Under the pieces are notes generated by a model. That model had not been told where the DNA came from, searched no databases, and saw nothing but the letters and a program-made list of their open reading frames with translations. The translations under genes were made by a program, and so were the position numbers. 64,000 nt of DNA from Alloascoidea hylecoeti (Eukaryota), in assembly GCA_001600815.1 (NCBI GenBank), contig BCKZ01000018.1, positions 124,001 through 188,000 of the forward strand. Reading direction: 5' to 3'. Shown in pieces: positions 45,675 through 58,313 of the stretch; within the stretch, counting starts at the first letter, position 1; each line of letters begins with the position of its first letter.

Positions 45675-45800
45675 GCGAACGGAACAGAAACAGAGAAAAA
45701 ACAGCCAGAAATCCTTTAAAAACAGGAGAAGTGAATGAAAAAGAGAGGAGAAGGAGGTTTGGATAATTTTTTATGCAAACGAAAACTGGCATTTAAGAGG

Positions 45801-45896
45801 CCGGGTAATCGCAGACATGGTTGTGAATATGGTTACTTCTGAGATGCGAATAAATATACTGTTATTTGCACGAATTATTACAAAAAGATTACCCGG
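45801..45896. promoter_or_regulatory. Pair of inverted Reb1-type sites in a divergent promoter
   Basis: CCGGGTAA at 45801 and TTACCCGG at 45889. Confidence 0.6.
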
Positions 45897-45945
45897 ATGT
45901 TTCGTATTTACATTTGTTTTTTTATTTAACTGGTGATAATTAATT

Positions 45946-46347
45946 ATGTCTCCATTTTCTGAATATTCTCAAATATCAACAAATAATGGTTTGACTCTTA
46001 AAATTTATATTCCGAGTTCTTCGAAATCAAAGAAAAATCCATTAATTATTGAAATTAATCCAAATTCTAGAGTGGAAGAAGTAATTGGTTTTATACTTTT
46101 TAAATATTCTCAACAATATAATCAAAATTTAGAACCAATGAAGATAAATAAATGGTCATTAAGAATCATTGAAAACATTAATGATGAAGAAAATGCTGGA
46201 AATTTAAAAGAAATAGAACCAGATTTAGATTTTCCAGTATTAAATAGAAAATCTACTATTTCAACTTATTCTTATACCAGTTATGTTTTGGTTAAAAGAA
46301 AGTGGACCAGTTTTTTACCATTGGATGAAATTCTAAGAAAAATCTAA
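45946..46347 (+). CDS. Stand-alone Sin1/Avo1 CRIM-like domain protein
   Basis: PFSEY...LTLKIYIP...VEEVIGFILFKY...NKWSLRIIE...EPDLDFPVLNRKSTISTY...YVLV follows the CRIM consensus. Confidence 0.65.
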   Translation: MSPFSEYSQISTNNGLTLKIYIPSSSKSKKNPLIIEINPNSRVEEVIGFILFKYSQQYNQNLEPMKINKWSLRIIENINDEENAGNLKEIEPDLDFPVLNRKSTISTYSYTSYVLVKRKWTSFLPLDEILRKI

Positions 46348-46849
46348 CATTTCTAAGGAATAATAATTCTAGATTCCAGAGTCTAAAAACAAGGATAAAT
46401 TAAAATATATTAGTGGTCTAGATCATCATTTGTATCCACAATCTCATGATCAAAATATGTAAAGAACAATATTATAATGCAGATTTCGACAACTAGAAGC
46501 CGATAAACCAATAAAAAGAAATTGTCCCGGAAATGAAACCTCCATGGGCTTAATAATCGAAGAATCATTAAAATGTAATTGTTGTAGATATATAATAATA
46601 GATACTTCTTCAACATTATTAAAGGAGGTATGTGATAAAATTGTTACAATCAGGCGAATAGAGCCTGTATAGAACTAATTATAACTTTAACATCCAGTCA
46701 TATTTATATTTAAAATAATACCAATAATTACTACAATTTGAAAAAAAAAAAAGATATAAAAGACAATAACCCCTTTAATTGTCCATTCTTCCCTTTTTAT
46801 TGTTTTTTCATTGTTATTTGTATTTTTGGAATATCAAGTTTTAATAGAA

Positions 46850-49800
46850 ATGTCTTCTAGAATAGAATCACCCACATCTCCTTCAACAACGAATAATACA
46901 CATCCTATAGATTCCGGTTTTGGAAAAGATTTTGAAATGGATGAAATTGAATCACAATTAAACTACCTATTAAATCATAATAATTGTAAAAAAGATTTAA
47001 AAGTTCAAATTAATGTTAAAAACTTATTACAAAAAATATCTTTAGCTGTTATTTCAAGAGAATCGATAATTGTTAATCAATCTGAACAGATTAAAATTTT
47101 AAAACAAAAAAATTTAAATTCAAATCAAACTTTAATACAATCAAAGACAACTATTAATATCAATGATGATAAAAATAACAATGAAAATGTTACTATAAAC
47201 AACAATAGCATTGATAATGATAATATAAATAACAATAACAACGACAACGACAACGACAAAAATAAAAATAAAAATAAAAATAAAAATAAAAATAAAAACA
47301 ACGATAACGATAACGTTAATCATAATCCTAATCATAAAGATAATTTAACAACAATTAAAAACTTAAAAAATGAATTAAACATATCAAATAAAAAAGTTTT
47401 AATTTTAGAAAATACATTTAAAGAATTATCAAATTTATTATTTTTTTTTACAAAAGGTGATTTAACAAAAAGAATTAAAATTCATAAGTTTGATTATGAT
47501 GAATCAATTATGATACCGACAATTGCAAATTTTAAAATTAATATTAATAAATCAATGAATATTTTAGAAAAATTAATAAAAGAAATTATGAATTTAACTT
47601 TAAGAATTGCTGGTAATAAATTAATTAAACCTTTAAATTTTAATGATAACAACACTCAAGTTGATATAAATGATAATAATACTGATGATACAATTGATAA
47701 TAAATTTGATGAATATGGATTTTGGACAAATGTTATTAGCAATTTAACTCAAATGGCTGAAGAATCTTATCTTCAAATTCAAGAAATTACAAATGTTATA
47801 AAATGTGTTGCAAAAGGTGATTTATCACATACAATAATAACTCCAAATGCAAAAGGTGAATTATTAGAAGTTCAAAGGACAATTAATAATATGGTTGATA
47901 ATTTAAGAACATTTACATTTGAAGTTACAAAAGTAAGTAGAGAAACAGGAATTGAAGGTAAATTAGGTGGTTTAGCAAAAGTTAATAATGCTCAAGGTAT
48001 ATGGAAAGATTTAATAAATAATGTTAATGCAATGGCAACAAATTTAACAAATCAAGTTAGAAATGTTGCAAAAGTAACAACTGCTGTTGCAAATGGTGAT
48101 TTATCACAAAATGTTACAATAAATTGTTCAGGTGAAATTTTACAATTAAAAATAACAATTAATAAAATGGTTAATAATTTAAAAAAATTTGTTAATGAAG
48201 TTATTAATTTAACACAAAATGTTGGTATAAATGGTAATTTAGGTGGTCAAGCAAAAATTGAAGATTTAGAAGGATCATGGAAAGAAATAACGGAAAAAGT
48301 TAATATAATGGCTTTAAATTTAACAAATCAAGTAAGAAGTATTGCTCGGGTAACAACTGCTGTTTCAAAAGGTGATTTATCTCAAAAAATTGATGTTAAT
48401 GCAAAAGGTGAAATGGAAGCATTAAAATTAACAATTAATGAAATGGTTGATAGATTACAAGTTTTTGCATTAGAAGTTACAAAAGTTGCAAAAGATGTTG
48501 GAATTGATGGTAAATTAGGTGTACAAGCAAATGTTGATGATGATTTAGATGGTCAATGGAGAGAAATTACAAATAATGTAAATACAATGGCAACAAATTT
48601 AAGAACTCAAGTAAGAGCATTTGCACAAATAACAGATACAGCAACAGATGGTGATTTTACAAGATTTATAACAGTTGAAGCACAAGGAGAAATTGGAGCA
48701 TTAAAAACAAAAATTAATCAAATGGTTTTAAATTTAAGAGAATCAATTCAAAGAAATACACAAGCAAAAGAAGCAGCAGAATTAGCAAATCGATCAAAAA
48801 GTGAATTTTTAGCAAATATGAGTCATGAAATAAGAACACCAATGAATGGTATAATTGGAATGACTCAATTAGCATTAGATACAAAATTAACACAATATCA
48901 AAGAGAAATGTTAACAATTGTTCATACTTTAGGTAATTCATTATTAACAATAATTGATGATATTTTAGATATTTCTAAAATTGAAGCAAATAGAATGACC
49001 GTTGAAAAAATTGAATTTTCAATTCGTGGTATTATTTTTAATGCTTTAAAAACTTTATCAATAAAAGCATCTGAAAAAGCATTGGATTTAATGTTTAATA
49101 TTGATAATTCATTCCCAGAAACTGTTATTGGTGATTCTTTTAGGTTAAGACAAGTTATTTTAAATTTAGTTGGTAATTCAATAAAATTTACTTCAAAAGG
49201 TTATGTTATGGTTACAATTAAAAAAGCAACAGAACAACCTATAACAAATTCTAATGATTTAATGATTGAAATTTGTGTTTCTGATACTGGTATGGGCATA
49301 GAAAGTGATAAATTAGATCTTATATTTGATACATTTTGTCAAGCAGATGGTTCAACAACAAGAAGATTTGGTGGTACAGGATTAGGACTTTCAATTTCAA
49401 AACGTTTAATTAATTTAATGGGTGGCAAAATTTGGGTTAAATCAGAATATGGTAAAGGATCAAAATTTTATTTCACAATTAAAGTAAAACCTGTTGATAT
49501 TAAAAATATGAATCAAATTTTAGAAAGTTTAAATCCTTTTAAAAATCATAATATTTTATTTATTTTAAAAAATCATTCAAAAATTCAAATTCAAAAAATA
49601 ATTGAAAATATTAAAAAATTACATTTAAATTTAATTATAACGAAATCTTTATCATCTTCTTTATTACCTTTATCAACTCATAGAATTGATGCAATTATTT
49701 TAGATTCAATTGATGTTGCAAGAAATATAAAATCAAATATCAATAATAATCCAGAATTAAAATCTAATCCTTTGGTTTTATTACATCCTGGGAATGAAAG

Positions 49801-50539
49801 TTTAGCATTAAATATAAATGAATGTTTAAATTTAGGTATAACATCATATGGAAATTCACCATGTTCAGCAATTGATATTGGAAATATTATAAGACCAGCG
49901 CTTGAAAGTAGAATAATTGCACCAAATAGTGATGGATCAGAGCATTATGATATATTAATGGCAGAAGATAATATAGTTAATCAAAAATTAGCAAAGAGAA
50001 TGTTAACAAAATATCATCATAATGTCGAAATTGTAAATAATGGAATTGAAGCAGTTTCAGCAATTAAAAAGAAAAAATATGATGTTGTACTAATGGATGT
50101 TCAAATGCCAATAATGGGTGGTTTTGAAGCAACTGCAAAAATTAGAGAATGGGAAGAAAATCAAGTTAAAAGATTAAAAAATGCAGGTATTGATTATACA
50201 AGAGTAAAAGGTTTACATATACCAATTATTGCTTTAACTGCCCATGCGATGCTTGGTGATAAAGAAAGATGTTTAGAAGCAAAAATGAATGAATATCTAA
50301 GTAAACCTTTAAAATGTTCTTTACTTTTACAAACAATTAATAAATGTGTTAGTACTTCAAGAAATGATAAAGTTGAAATGAATAATGATTTAGATCCAAA
50401 TAATTTAAAAAATAGATACGAATGTGATATATATGAATTTGATGGTGAAAATTTGGTTGGAGAAGATTTAGATGATCATGAAAATGGAAATGAAAATGGA
50501 CTTAAAGTTGAAGATAATAATAAAAATATTTCTTTATAA
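46850..50539 (+). CDS. NIK1: Group III hybrid histidine kinase Nik1/Os-1
   Basis: Poly-HAMP repeats (xGDLS...GE), H-box [17 protein letters not shown] boxes ([23 protein letters not shown]) and receiver domain (AEDN, LMDVQMP, SKP). ATG at 46850. An (AATAAA)n tract encodes an Asn-Lys repeat near 47260. Confidence 0.95.
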   Translation: MSSRIESPTSPSTTNNTHPIDSGFGKDFEMDEIESQLNYLLNHNNCKKDLKVQINVKNLLQKISLAVISRESIIVNQSEQIKILKQKNLNSNQTLIQSKTTININDDKNNNENVTINNNSIDNDNINNNNNDNDNDKNKNKNKNKNKNKNNDNDNVNHNPNHKDNLTTIKNLKNELNISNKKVLILENTFKELSNLLFFFTKGDLTKRIKIHKFDYDESIMIPTIANFKININKSMNILEKLIKEIMNLTLRIAGNKLIKPLNFNDNNTQVDINDNNTDDTIDNKFDEYGFWTNVISNLTQMAEESYLQIQEITNVIKCVAKGDLSHTIITPNAKGELLEVQRTINNMVDNLRTFTFEVTKVSRETGIEGKLGGLAKVNNAQGIWKDLINNVNAMATNLTNQVRNVAKVTTAVANGDLSQNVTINCSGEILQLKITINKMVNNLKKFVNEVINLTQNVGINGNLGGQAKIEDLEGSWKEITEKVNIMALNLTNQVRSIARVTTAVSKGDLSQKIDVNAKGEMEALKLTINEMVDRLQVFALEVTKVAKDVGIDGKLGVQANVDDDLDGQWREITNNVNTMATNLRTQVRAFAQITDTATDGDFTRFITVEAQGEIGALKTKINQMVLNLRESIQRNTQAKEAAELANRSKSEFLANMSHEIRTPMNGIIGMTQLALDTKLTQYQREMLTIVHTLGNSLLTIIDDILDISKIEANRMTVEKIEFSIRGIIFNALKTLSIKASEKALDLMFNIDNSFPETVIGDSFRLRQVILNLVGNSIKFTSKGYVMVTIKKATEQPITNSNDLMIEICVSDTGMGIESDKLDLIFDTFCQADGSTTRRFGGTGLGLSISKRLINLMGGKIWVKSEYGKGSKFYFTIKVKPVDIKNMNQILESLNPFKNHNILFILKNHSKIQIQKIIENIKKLHLNLIITKSLSSSLLPLSTHRIDAIILDSIDVARNIKSNINNNPELKSNPLVLLHPGNESLALNINECLNLGITSYGNSPCSAIDIGNIIRPALESRIIAPNSDGSEHYDILMAEDNIVNQKLAKRMLTKYHHNVEIVNNGIEAVSAIKKKKYDVVLMDVQMPIMGGFEATAKIREWEENQVKRLKNAGIDYTRVKGLHIPIIALTAHAMLGDKERCLEAKMNEYLSKPLKCSLLLQTINKCVSTSRNDKVEMNNDLDPNNLKNRYECDIYEFDGENLVGEDLDDHENGNENGLKVEDNNKNISL

Positions 50540-50661
50540 TCCTATTATTTTTTATTTATTAATTTATTAATCTAATGTATTTATTTACTTTCATTTCATT
50601 TGTTCGTTGCTCGTTGTTCGTTCCGCTTATCTGTGAAATGTTGTGTGTGGCAAAACTTCAT

Positions 50662-50896
50662 GTTTTTTTTTTTTTGTACCTATAGTTAAGTTGGTAATAA
50701 AAGTGATTCTAGTAGTAGAAATAAAAAGAAACATAATCCAGATTGATATAATTCAAGTTTCTTTATTTATATTAAGTAGTTTATTTCATTAAGAAGGTAA
50801 ACTCGACATAAAGTCTGTTTTACTTTTCTCAAATGTTGGACTTACTTAAATATCAAACTAAAGCTAACAATTTTGTATATCTTTCATCATAATTAT
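50662..50896. repeat. Dispersed repeat, copy 2
   Basis: aaggtaaactcgacataaagtctgttttacttttctcaaatgttggacttacttaaatatc; preceded by a T-run like copy 1. Confidence 0.85.
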
Positions 50897-52952
50897 AGAG
50901 AATGGAGCGGTAATTACCATTATTTTGAACCCGTCATGACACCTATTGTGACAAAATCAGAGATTCAGATCTAGTTGCTTCAAATCTAAACATCCGTGTT
51001 TGAAGTATCAAGATTAATATTTATTTCTTCATAGTTTTACAACAATTATATTTTACCTTGTTTTTGTGGTTTATAGGTTTTTAACCCTGAACCAAGACTA
51101 TTATATAAATACGTCATATTTGTTATAATTAGAAGTTCATATGCTTTTGAACAAACCAGCTAAAGGGTCGATTGAAACTGTTCAAGATGGTATATAGTTC
51201 TGTTAAAGGTTATGTAACCCAGAGTACATATATAAGTAAAATACATAGAACTTTAGATAGTGTCTTTTAATCAATTGCCAGCCAACAGGTAACATGCATA
51301 TGCGTGGATAAGGGTATTTTGGAATCTAGGAACTTACGGAAATCCTCGCAGAGCTTGTAATTGATATATAAATAACAATTTAATCGTTGGTTTGAAATGA
51401 TTGAAAAATGAATCCATTTTCAAGGTGTGACCGGTAATGTTTAGCTATATGTAGTTAGTCTGGGTGATAATGTACACATCACGATCACTGACCATTACAT
51501 ATTATTATACAGACATTTCACTGTAATGGCCGAAAATAAAGATAAAGTGCTTAAGGGACGAATCAACAATAACTTCCAAACATGGCACCGTACATATACA
51601 TACTTACTATATATGGACATACATAGTATTTCATTCGCCATTCATATCCGCATACATCATTAAAATTGTCATTTTATGTTGTTGGTAGTTGATTTTGTTG
51701 AATTAAGAAACGGGTGTAGGGAAAAGCTCGTATGCGCTCTCCGCTACCATTGAGATACTGCATTCATAAGATTCTCAGATTCTCATAGAGGAGAGAATAA
51801 ATCGACTAGATTCCTTGTAAACTGGTAGAACACTTCTTTGTAAAATATACCAATTAATGCAATTACTATACACTTTTGAGAACAATTTAATTTTACTTAA
51901 CTTGAGCTCACTAATTATATCTCTTAAACCTTGGGAAATATATCTTGGGAAAACCCGTAACAAAATAACTCTTTTTAAAAAATGGATCAACGCTTATTAT
52001 AAAAAGCATCTAAGAAGCTAAGTAATATCACCTTTTGGTTATATGTTGGATTCCACACGCCTATAATTATTCAGACTTAGTGATATAAATTAAATACTGA
52101 TAATTTGTTTCCATCAACTGAAGATTTGGTGCTAAGACTATCCATAAATATTTACTAATATGCTGAGACATCATTATTCATACTTCCAATAATTATCACT
52201 GTTCAACAATTTATAAACCAGTAATACAGTAGTTAGTAACATACCCATCTTCTCCATATGCATTATGTAGTCAATAAAGCTCTCAGAATATAGTCTTTTA
52301 ATATAAACTCTATTATCGATAATTACTCATTAGGTGTTAGTTCCAGACACGATCTTTAAAAACTTTCCGGAATACTAATAAAATGATGATAATAATTAAC
52401 AAATAAATAGGGTAGCACGTAAAGCCACTCCTGATGATTTGTCTTTCATCTATCCATAAGTTTTTCACGTGGACGCTGCTGATATAATCAATATCAAATG
52501 AACCAAAATGGATCGGAATCTTCAAAACCATCGAAATTTAAATGAAAGCAAGTGATCTAACATTTAAATATTCGATATGGTTAATAATTAATATTAATAA
52601 TATATAAATATGTAATTAAGAAAAAAATCTAAAATAGAATATTAATGAAATTAAAATAAAATAAAATAATTAGTACCATGTTTATAAAATTTAAACAAAT
52701 TTAAATAAAATCAGTTATGTGAAAACGAAGAGACTATAGCCAGTTTTATTTCCTCACCCATTTAAATTTACATTTTTTTCTTTGTATAATAATTCTTATT
52801 GACTTAAACATTATAAGAATCTCCTTATATTTTTGAAGAATATTATTTCGTATCTAGTACATAGTATATCAGGTTCATTTTTTTGCTTGTGTGTTTGCAA
52901 TTGTCTAGATAGTGAAATACTGTGATTACAGAATTCCATATTTGTTGATAAT

Positions 52953-53093
52953 ATAGTAATGTAAAAGTGATTAATCTAATAGAAATAAAAGTAATAATTC
53001 AGATTGATATAATTCAAATTTCTTTATTTATATTAATTATAAAGTAGGTAAACTCGATATAAAGTCTGTTTTCCTGTTCTTAAATGTTTGAGT
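52953..53093. repeat. Dispersed repeat, copy 3 (shorter)
   Basis: cagattgatataattcaaatttctttatttatattaa...aggtaaactcgatataaagtctgttttcc. Confidence 0.8.
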
Positions 53094-53745
53094 ATAAAAC
53101 CTAAAAGATAATTATTTATAGAAAAACAAACAAGAAAGAATTTCGTGCCAGAGCATTATAGAGAATAATTTTTTTTTTTCAAAGGATTACAACAGATCTA
53201 GATATGCAACCCCATTTATTGAAAAAATATTAATTGGCAATCAAAATCTCCGAATTCCTAAAGCAAGAAAATAATAATTGTGATTTCAATCTTAAAAAAA
53301 AAAGAATAAGTTATTTACTTTCAAGTTCAACCTGTATAATTTACCCTACGTATTCAATTCTCAGGTGCTGTACAAATGAATAAGGATCGAGAAATTTAAA
53401 TTTAATAAAAGCTTTCATTATCTGAACAAGTGATTTTAAAAATTGAATAGTTTGATATGATTAATATATTGACAATATAAATATATAATTAAAAAAACAA
53501 TAAACTAAAATAGATTGAATAAAATAAAATAAAATAAAATAAGACAATTGGTAGGTATGGGTATATATTTTTATAAGTTAAAAATTTAATAAATGGGACT
53601 CAAATTATACAAATTTATTCATTCATTCTTAAATGATTATAATATTGAGAGAGATCAAAAAACAAGAACATATATATGTAACAAATTATTATCAATTGTA
53701 ATTCTAAATATTAGTATAATTAATAATAATTAATAATATAACAAA

Positions 53746-55536
53746 CTAATGTTGTCTTGATCCAGAAGGTATATTTGAATTATCATTAAGTCCTAAATTT
53801 TGAAGATTTTCAGTAACTGCTTCATTATAACTTGGTAATCCATTTAAGTCTCCTTCAATTTCTTCTAATGAATTTTGTTGTTGATGTGAACTTTGTTGAG
53901 TATTATTTGTCTGTTCATTACCTTGTTGTGTATCTGATTGTGATAATTCTAGCGCTGCTTTTTCTTCAGCTGCACTTGGATAAGATATAGGTGGTGCACC
54001 AGAGCTTGAACTTGCTTGTGGTTCCACAGGTGGTGTATAAGCAGGAGCAGATGTAATTAAATTACTTGATGTAGTAGAAACAGGAGATACTTTTTCATTT
54101 GTTGTTGGTCTTGGTGGTAATAAAGGACTTGCTTCTTCATATTGATTATATTTTCCTTTTCCATTATTTGTATATTGTTTACCAATTATATTAATATCAC
54201 TTTGAATTTCACTTTTTTCAATAAAATTTAAATTTAATAAATTTGAAAAATTTCCTAAAATATGTAAAGTATATGAAATTTTTGCATTTGGTGTTTCAAA
54301 TGATGGAATTGTTAATTCAGGTAATATTGAATTTTCATAAATTTTTGGATCAATTAAAATTTCATATTGTGGTGTTAAACCATTTGTTGATGATGAATTT
54401 GTTGTTTCATATGGTATTGATTTTGCTAATTTTAAATCAATTCCATAATCAATTGTACCAGTATTAAAAAATTCTTTTTTTGAATTTTCAATTTCTGTTA
54501 CATTTTTTGTATTTGAAATTTTTGAAAATGATAATTGAAATGATAAATTTCTAATTATAATTGTTGAATCTTGCAATTTTGATTTATCAAATTTACTTGG
54601 TGATACTGGAAGCATTAAATATAAATTGAAAGATATTTTAGAACCCGTTATTAAAGTTGCTGGATATGGAAATCTTGCTTCAAAATAAAAAGGTAATGAA
54701 TTTGGTTTAATTGGTGGTGTAATTGGTTGAAGATTTTGATTTGATGATCCATCTATTGCTCTTATTATTGATGATAATAAACCTTTTCTTCTTCTAGGAG
54801 CAACAGGTTGTGGAGTATATTTAGAAATAGAAGTTGAACTTTGATTATCATCAACAAATGATTGTGATGTCGGTAAACTATGTAATTTTCGAACAAATGT
54901 AATTTGAGACGGATCAGGTAATTTTAAAGAATAATCAGGATGAAATTGAAAATTAACAATATCTCTTGTATTTGCTTTAAACATTGAACCTCTATTAACA
55001 GTTGTTTTAATAAAATATTCAGTTATAATTGATTCATTCGTTGCTCTAATAATTGGTGGTAAATCAAATTTTGATTGTGCATTATTTATAATTGTTTTAT
55101 GAGGGACATTAAATTCAAAAGGATATTCATATGTACCAACAGCTAAAGTATAAGAATCTGATTTTAAGTTAGGAGGTGGGAATACAATTTTTGTTAAATA
55201 TAAAGCTTTTGTAGTAGCATTATAAAATTGTTTACGAGAATCTTTTGGAATTGATTTTGAGAAAAAATAAGTAAAATTCGATTCAGATTGTTTATCGTAA
55301 TATTCAAATGGCGAATTATTTGGATTAATTGAACGTTTTCTATTTTCAATTACTCTTCTTGGGATTTTGATTTGAGTATTAACAGTACATTCTAGCTTAA
55401 CAACGATGTTTTGAAGACTTGTTTCCTTATCGGCGCGGATGACTACAGTACCTTTGATGATATCACCAGAAGAATAATGGTTTGGCACAGCAGTTGTTTG
55501 GTCCAGCTTAACTGTTGCCGTGCACGAAGAAAACAT
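53746..55536 (-). CDS. Alpha-arrestin, Art10-like
   Basis: YSSGDIIKGTV and GTYEYPFEF arrestin-N motifs; C-terminal PY-like motifs (PAY, LPSY); first ATG at 55536. Confidence 0.75.
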   Translation of the reverse strand: MFSSCTATVKLDQTTAVPNHYSSGDIIKGTVVIRADKETSLQNIVVKLECTVNTQIKIPRRVIENRKRSINPNNSPFEYYDKQSESNFTYFFSKSIPKDSRKQFYNATTKALYLTKIVFPPPNLKSDSYTLAVGTYEYPFEFNVPHKTIINNAQSKFDLPPIIRATNESIITEYFIKTTVNRGSMFKANTRDIVNFQFHPDYSLKLPDPSQITFVRKLHSLPTSQSFVDDNQSSTSISKYTPQPVAPRRRKGLLSSIIRAIDGSSNQNLQPITPPIKPNSLPFYFEARFPYPATLITGSKISFNLYLMLPVSPSKFDKSKLQDSTIIIRNLSFQLSFSKISNTKNVTEIENSKKEFFNTGTIDYGIDLKLAKSIPYETTNSSSTNGLTPQYEILIDPKIYENSILPELTIPSFETPNAKISYTLHILGNFSNLLNLNFIEKSEIQSDINIIGKQYTNNGKGKYNQYEEASPLLPPRPTTNEKVSPVSTTSSNLITSAPAYTPPVEPQASSSSGAPPISYPSAAEEKAALELSQSDTQQGNEQTNNTQQSSHQQQNSLEEIEGDLNGLPSYNEAVTENLQNLGLNDNSNIPSGSRQH

Positions 55537-56254
55537 GGAAAATAGGGATATGAAAAGGAGCGATTGGTGGTGGACACAAAGAAATGGTAATGGACCACTA
55601 AAGTTGGGCCACGTGATGGCCACTATTGGCTATGCTGACAACAATCGCTTCTGAGAAGGGTTAAATCTAAGATGATGGAGTTCTCAAAAGAGAATACTTC
55701 ATGAATAGTTTGCGATTATAAAAGTCAATATTTCTACACGAATCCAATCTTAAAAGATGAACCTTTTTTTATTAAAGTCTATGATCCTAGCGATCCAATC
55801 ATTGGTGAAGAACTTATTAAAAGAAAGTAATCTAGGAATGGTCTCTGATTCTTAAAGTCCATAGTACCATTAAGAATCCAGAAGAGTAGAAGGAAAATGA
55901 GTGGTCCACACACAAACAAAATGAGATCCCTATAATGTGTTTTATCTAGAAGATTTAAAAAACAAATATCCTGTAGTTTCTAATAAAAATAAGTCAATCA
56001 GACAGTAAAATCTAACAGTTTCTTAAAGATTACATACGCCAAAGAAATGGGCCATATTAAATACCAAATACTTGGCAATAGTAATCGCAAATTGGTTTCT
56101 CATAGCAGCTGCAGTATTAATTATAATATGTAAAATATAACAGCCGAGCCATTATTTATACACCATAACCAATTAATGTTTTCTTTCAGCTAATTATAAC
56201 TATTCAACAGATATATACGGGTTATATATTTCAACTTCAGATTATACAACTATT

Positions 56255-57940
56255 ATGAGAACAAAAACAGCTAAACTTTATATCTTAACAATTATATTTA
56301 TATCAACTACTATTTTCTTAACTTATTCATCAACAAATTTACAACTAAGTTTATATAAGAATATAACAGGAAGTGATATTATTGAATTATGGAATAATTA
56401 TGATAAATTTGCATCTATTGAAGAAGGTTTAAAGTATTATCAAGGACAGCGTGGTGTTCTACAAATTGAAAATATGTTTAGTACTCCTAGTGATATGTAT
56501 AATTCTTCAGGCTATAATCTTTATGAAATAGATAAATATGAACCTTCTATAATTGATGGTGAATTAAAGTTGAAGGAATTATTGTTTAAGCAAATGTATG
56601 AAGAATTACTTGAAGAAAAAGCTAATGGAACAAAACTTGATTATGAAGCAAGATATAAAGTAACAAAACTTGATAATAAAAATATATTGAAAACACCATG
56701 TTCAGTTCCAAACACCAATTGCAAAAATGATAATAATACTTATATAATTGAAAAATCAAGAGAAAGTGCAGCATTTTTAACAATAATTGACTACGATAAT
56801 GCAAATATTCAAAATTTTATTAAAACAATAAAAATTGTTGAAGATAGATTTAATTCAAAATTTCATTATAATTGGATTATTTTAAGTCCTTTTGAATTAT
56901 CATATGAATTTAAATTAAAAATTTCAAAATATTGTTCAGGAAATGTTGAATTTGGTTTAATTCCAGCTAAAGAATGGACAATACCAAAATGGATTAATCA
57001 AACAAATAAAGAATTTTTAAAAAAAAAAAAAAATGATAAAAATTTACAATTATTAAAAGAATCATTTGCAAAATTAAATAATAAAGAAAATTTTGATATT
57101 TATCATGATTATTTACCGATTAATGAATATTCAATTAATAATTTAAATTCAAGTTTAAAATCAAGATATTTATCGGGTTTTTTCTATAATCATAAAATTT
57201 TAAAAAATTATAAATATTATTGGTATATTGAATCAAATTCAAAATTTTTTTGTAACTTAGATTATGATATTTTCAAAAATATGAAAAATAATAATAAATT
57301 ATTTGGTTTTAAAGTTAGTATTATTGAATTTCCAAATATTATTAAAAATTTATGGGATATAATTAAACAATTTTATAAAGATAAAGAACAAGAACAAAAT
57401 CAATTAACTATGAGTACATCTACAGCGCTTATTGATAAAGACTTTAATCAAACAATTAATATTGAAAAAAATAATACTTGGATATGGCCATTTATTAATC
57501 CTGATAAAAATAGTTTACTTTCTTTAATATCAGATGATAATGGAAATACTCATAATGGATGTTATTTCTTATCAAATTTCCAACTTGTTAATCTTGATCT
57601 ATTTAAAAATTCAAAGTATCAAGAAATTTTTAATTATCTTGATAAAAAAGGTGGATTTTTTAATAACTTATGGACAAATGATTTAATTCATTCAATTTTA
57701 TCAATTTTATTAATTAATAATAAATTTAATTTTACATTTTTTGAAGATTTTGGTTATAGATTTGAAGAATTACATACATGTCCATTTAATTTAAATTTAA
57801 GATTAAAAAATAAATGTTTTTGTGATTATCCAAATAGTGATATTACTTTTACAACTAGAAGTTGTATTTCAAGATTTTATAATATTATGGATTATGATTT
57901 ACCAATGACTTTAGATCAATTTACTGAAAGGATGTTTTAA
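56255..57940 (+). CDS. GT15 (Kre2/Ktr/Mnt) mannosyltransferase-like type II membrane protein with a degenerate active site
   Basis: N-terminal TM, RESAAFL, EDRFNSKFHYNW, FGLIPAKEW, SGFFYNH, YYW, FFCNLDYDIF, YLDKKGGFF and a C-terminal Cys pattern. Confidence 0.85.
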   Translation: MRTKTAKLYILTIIFISTTIFLTYSSTNLQLSLYKNITGSDIIELWNNYDKFASIEEGLKYYQGQRGVLQIENMFSTPSDMYNSSGYNLYEIDKYEPSIIDGELKLKELLFKQMYEELLEEKANGTKLDYEARYKVTKLDNKNILKTPCSVPNTNCKNDNNTYIIEKSRESAAFLTIIDYDNANIQNFIKTIKIVEDRFNSKFHYNWIILSPFELSYEFKLKISKYCSGNVEFGLIPAKEWTIPKWINQTNKEFLKKKKNDKNLQLLKESFAKLNNKENFDIYHDYLPINEYSINNLNSSLKSRYLSGFFYNHKILKNYKYYWYIESNSKFFCNLDYDIFKNMKNNNKLFGFKVSIIEFPNIIKNLWDIIKQFYKDKEQEQNQLTMSTSTALIDKDFNQTINIEKNNTWIWPFINPDKNSLLSLISDDNGNTHNGCYFLSNFQLVNLDLFKNSKYQEIFNYLDKKGGFFNNLWTNDLIHSILSILLINNKFNFTFFEDFGYRFEELHTCPFNLNLRLKNKCFCDYPNSDITFTTRSCISRFYNIMDYDLPMTLDQFTERMF

Positions 57941-58313
57941 AAATGAAAAAATATGAGTTAATTATAACGTTCATTCTTGATTTTTGTTTGAATTTAGTAT
58001 TTGTCATTGTACATATTTTATATCATATTAGTTTATAGTTAATTGAAAACCATTTACAAATAATACCGTTTTATATTAGTCGAATACAATTAGGAAGGTT
58101 ATATAAACAAAACATTAAAAAAAGAAAGAATCAAAAAGAATTGTCCCCCAATTCAAAAAAACATATATAAGAAGATAGATATACAAAACTAACAAACTAT
58201 ATCCATTTTTTTAATAGGAAATATGAAACGGGGATATTTAAAAAAACTTGACTTTTCTTCTTCTTTCCTTAACTTAAGTTAGAAATATTGTTTTATTCTT
58301 TTTAAGAATTTGT

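Noticed and set aside
47250..47310. (AATAAA)n array as clustered polyadenylation signals
   Set aside because: In-frame Asn-Lys coding microsatellite inside NIK1, typical of this AT-rich genome.
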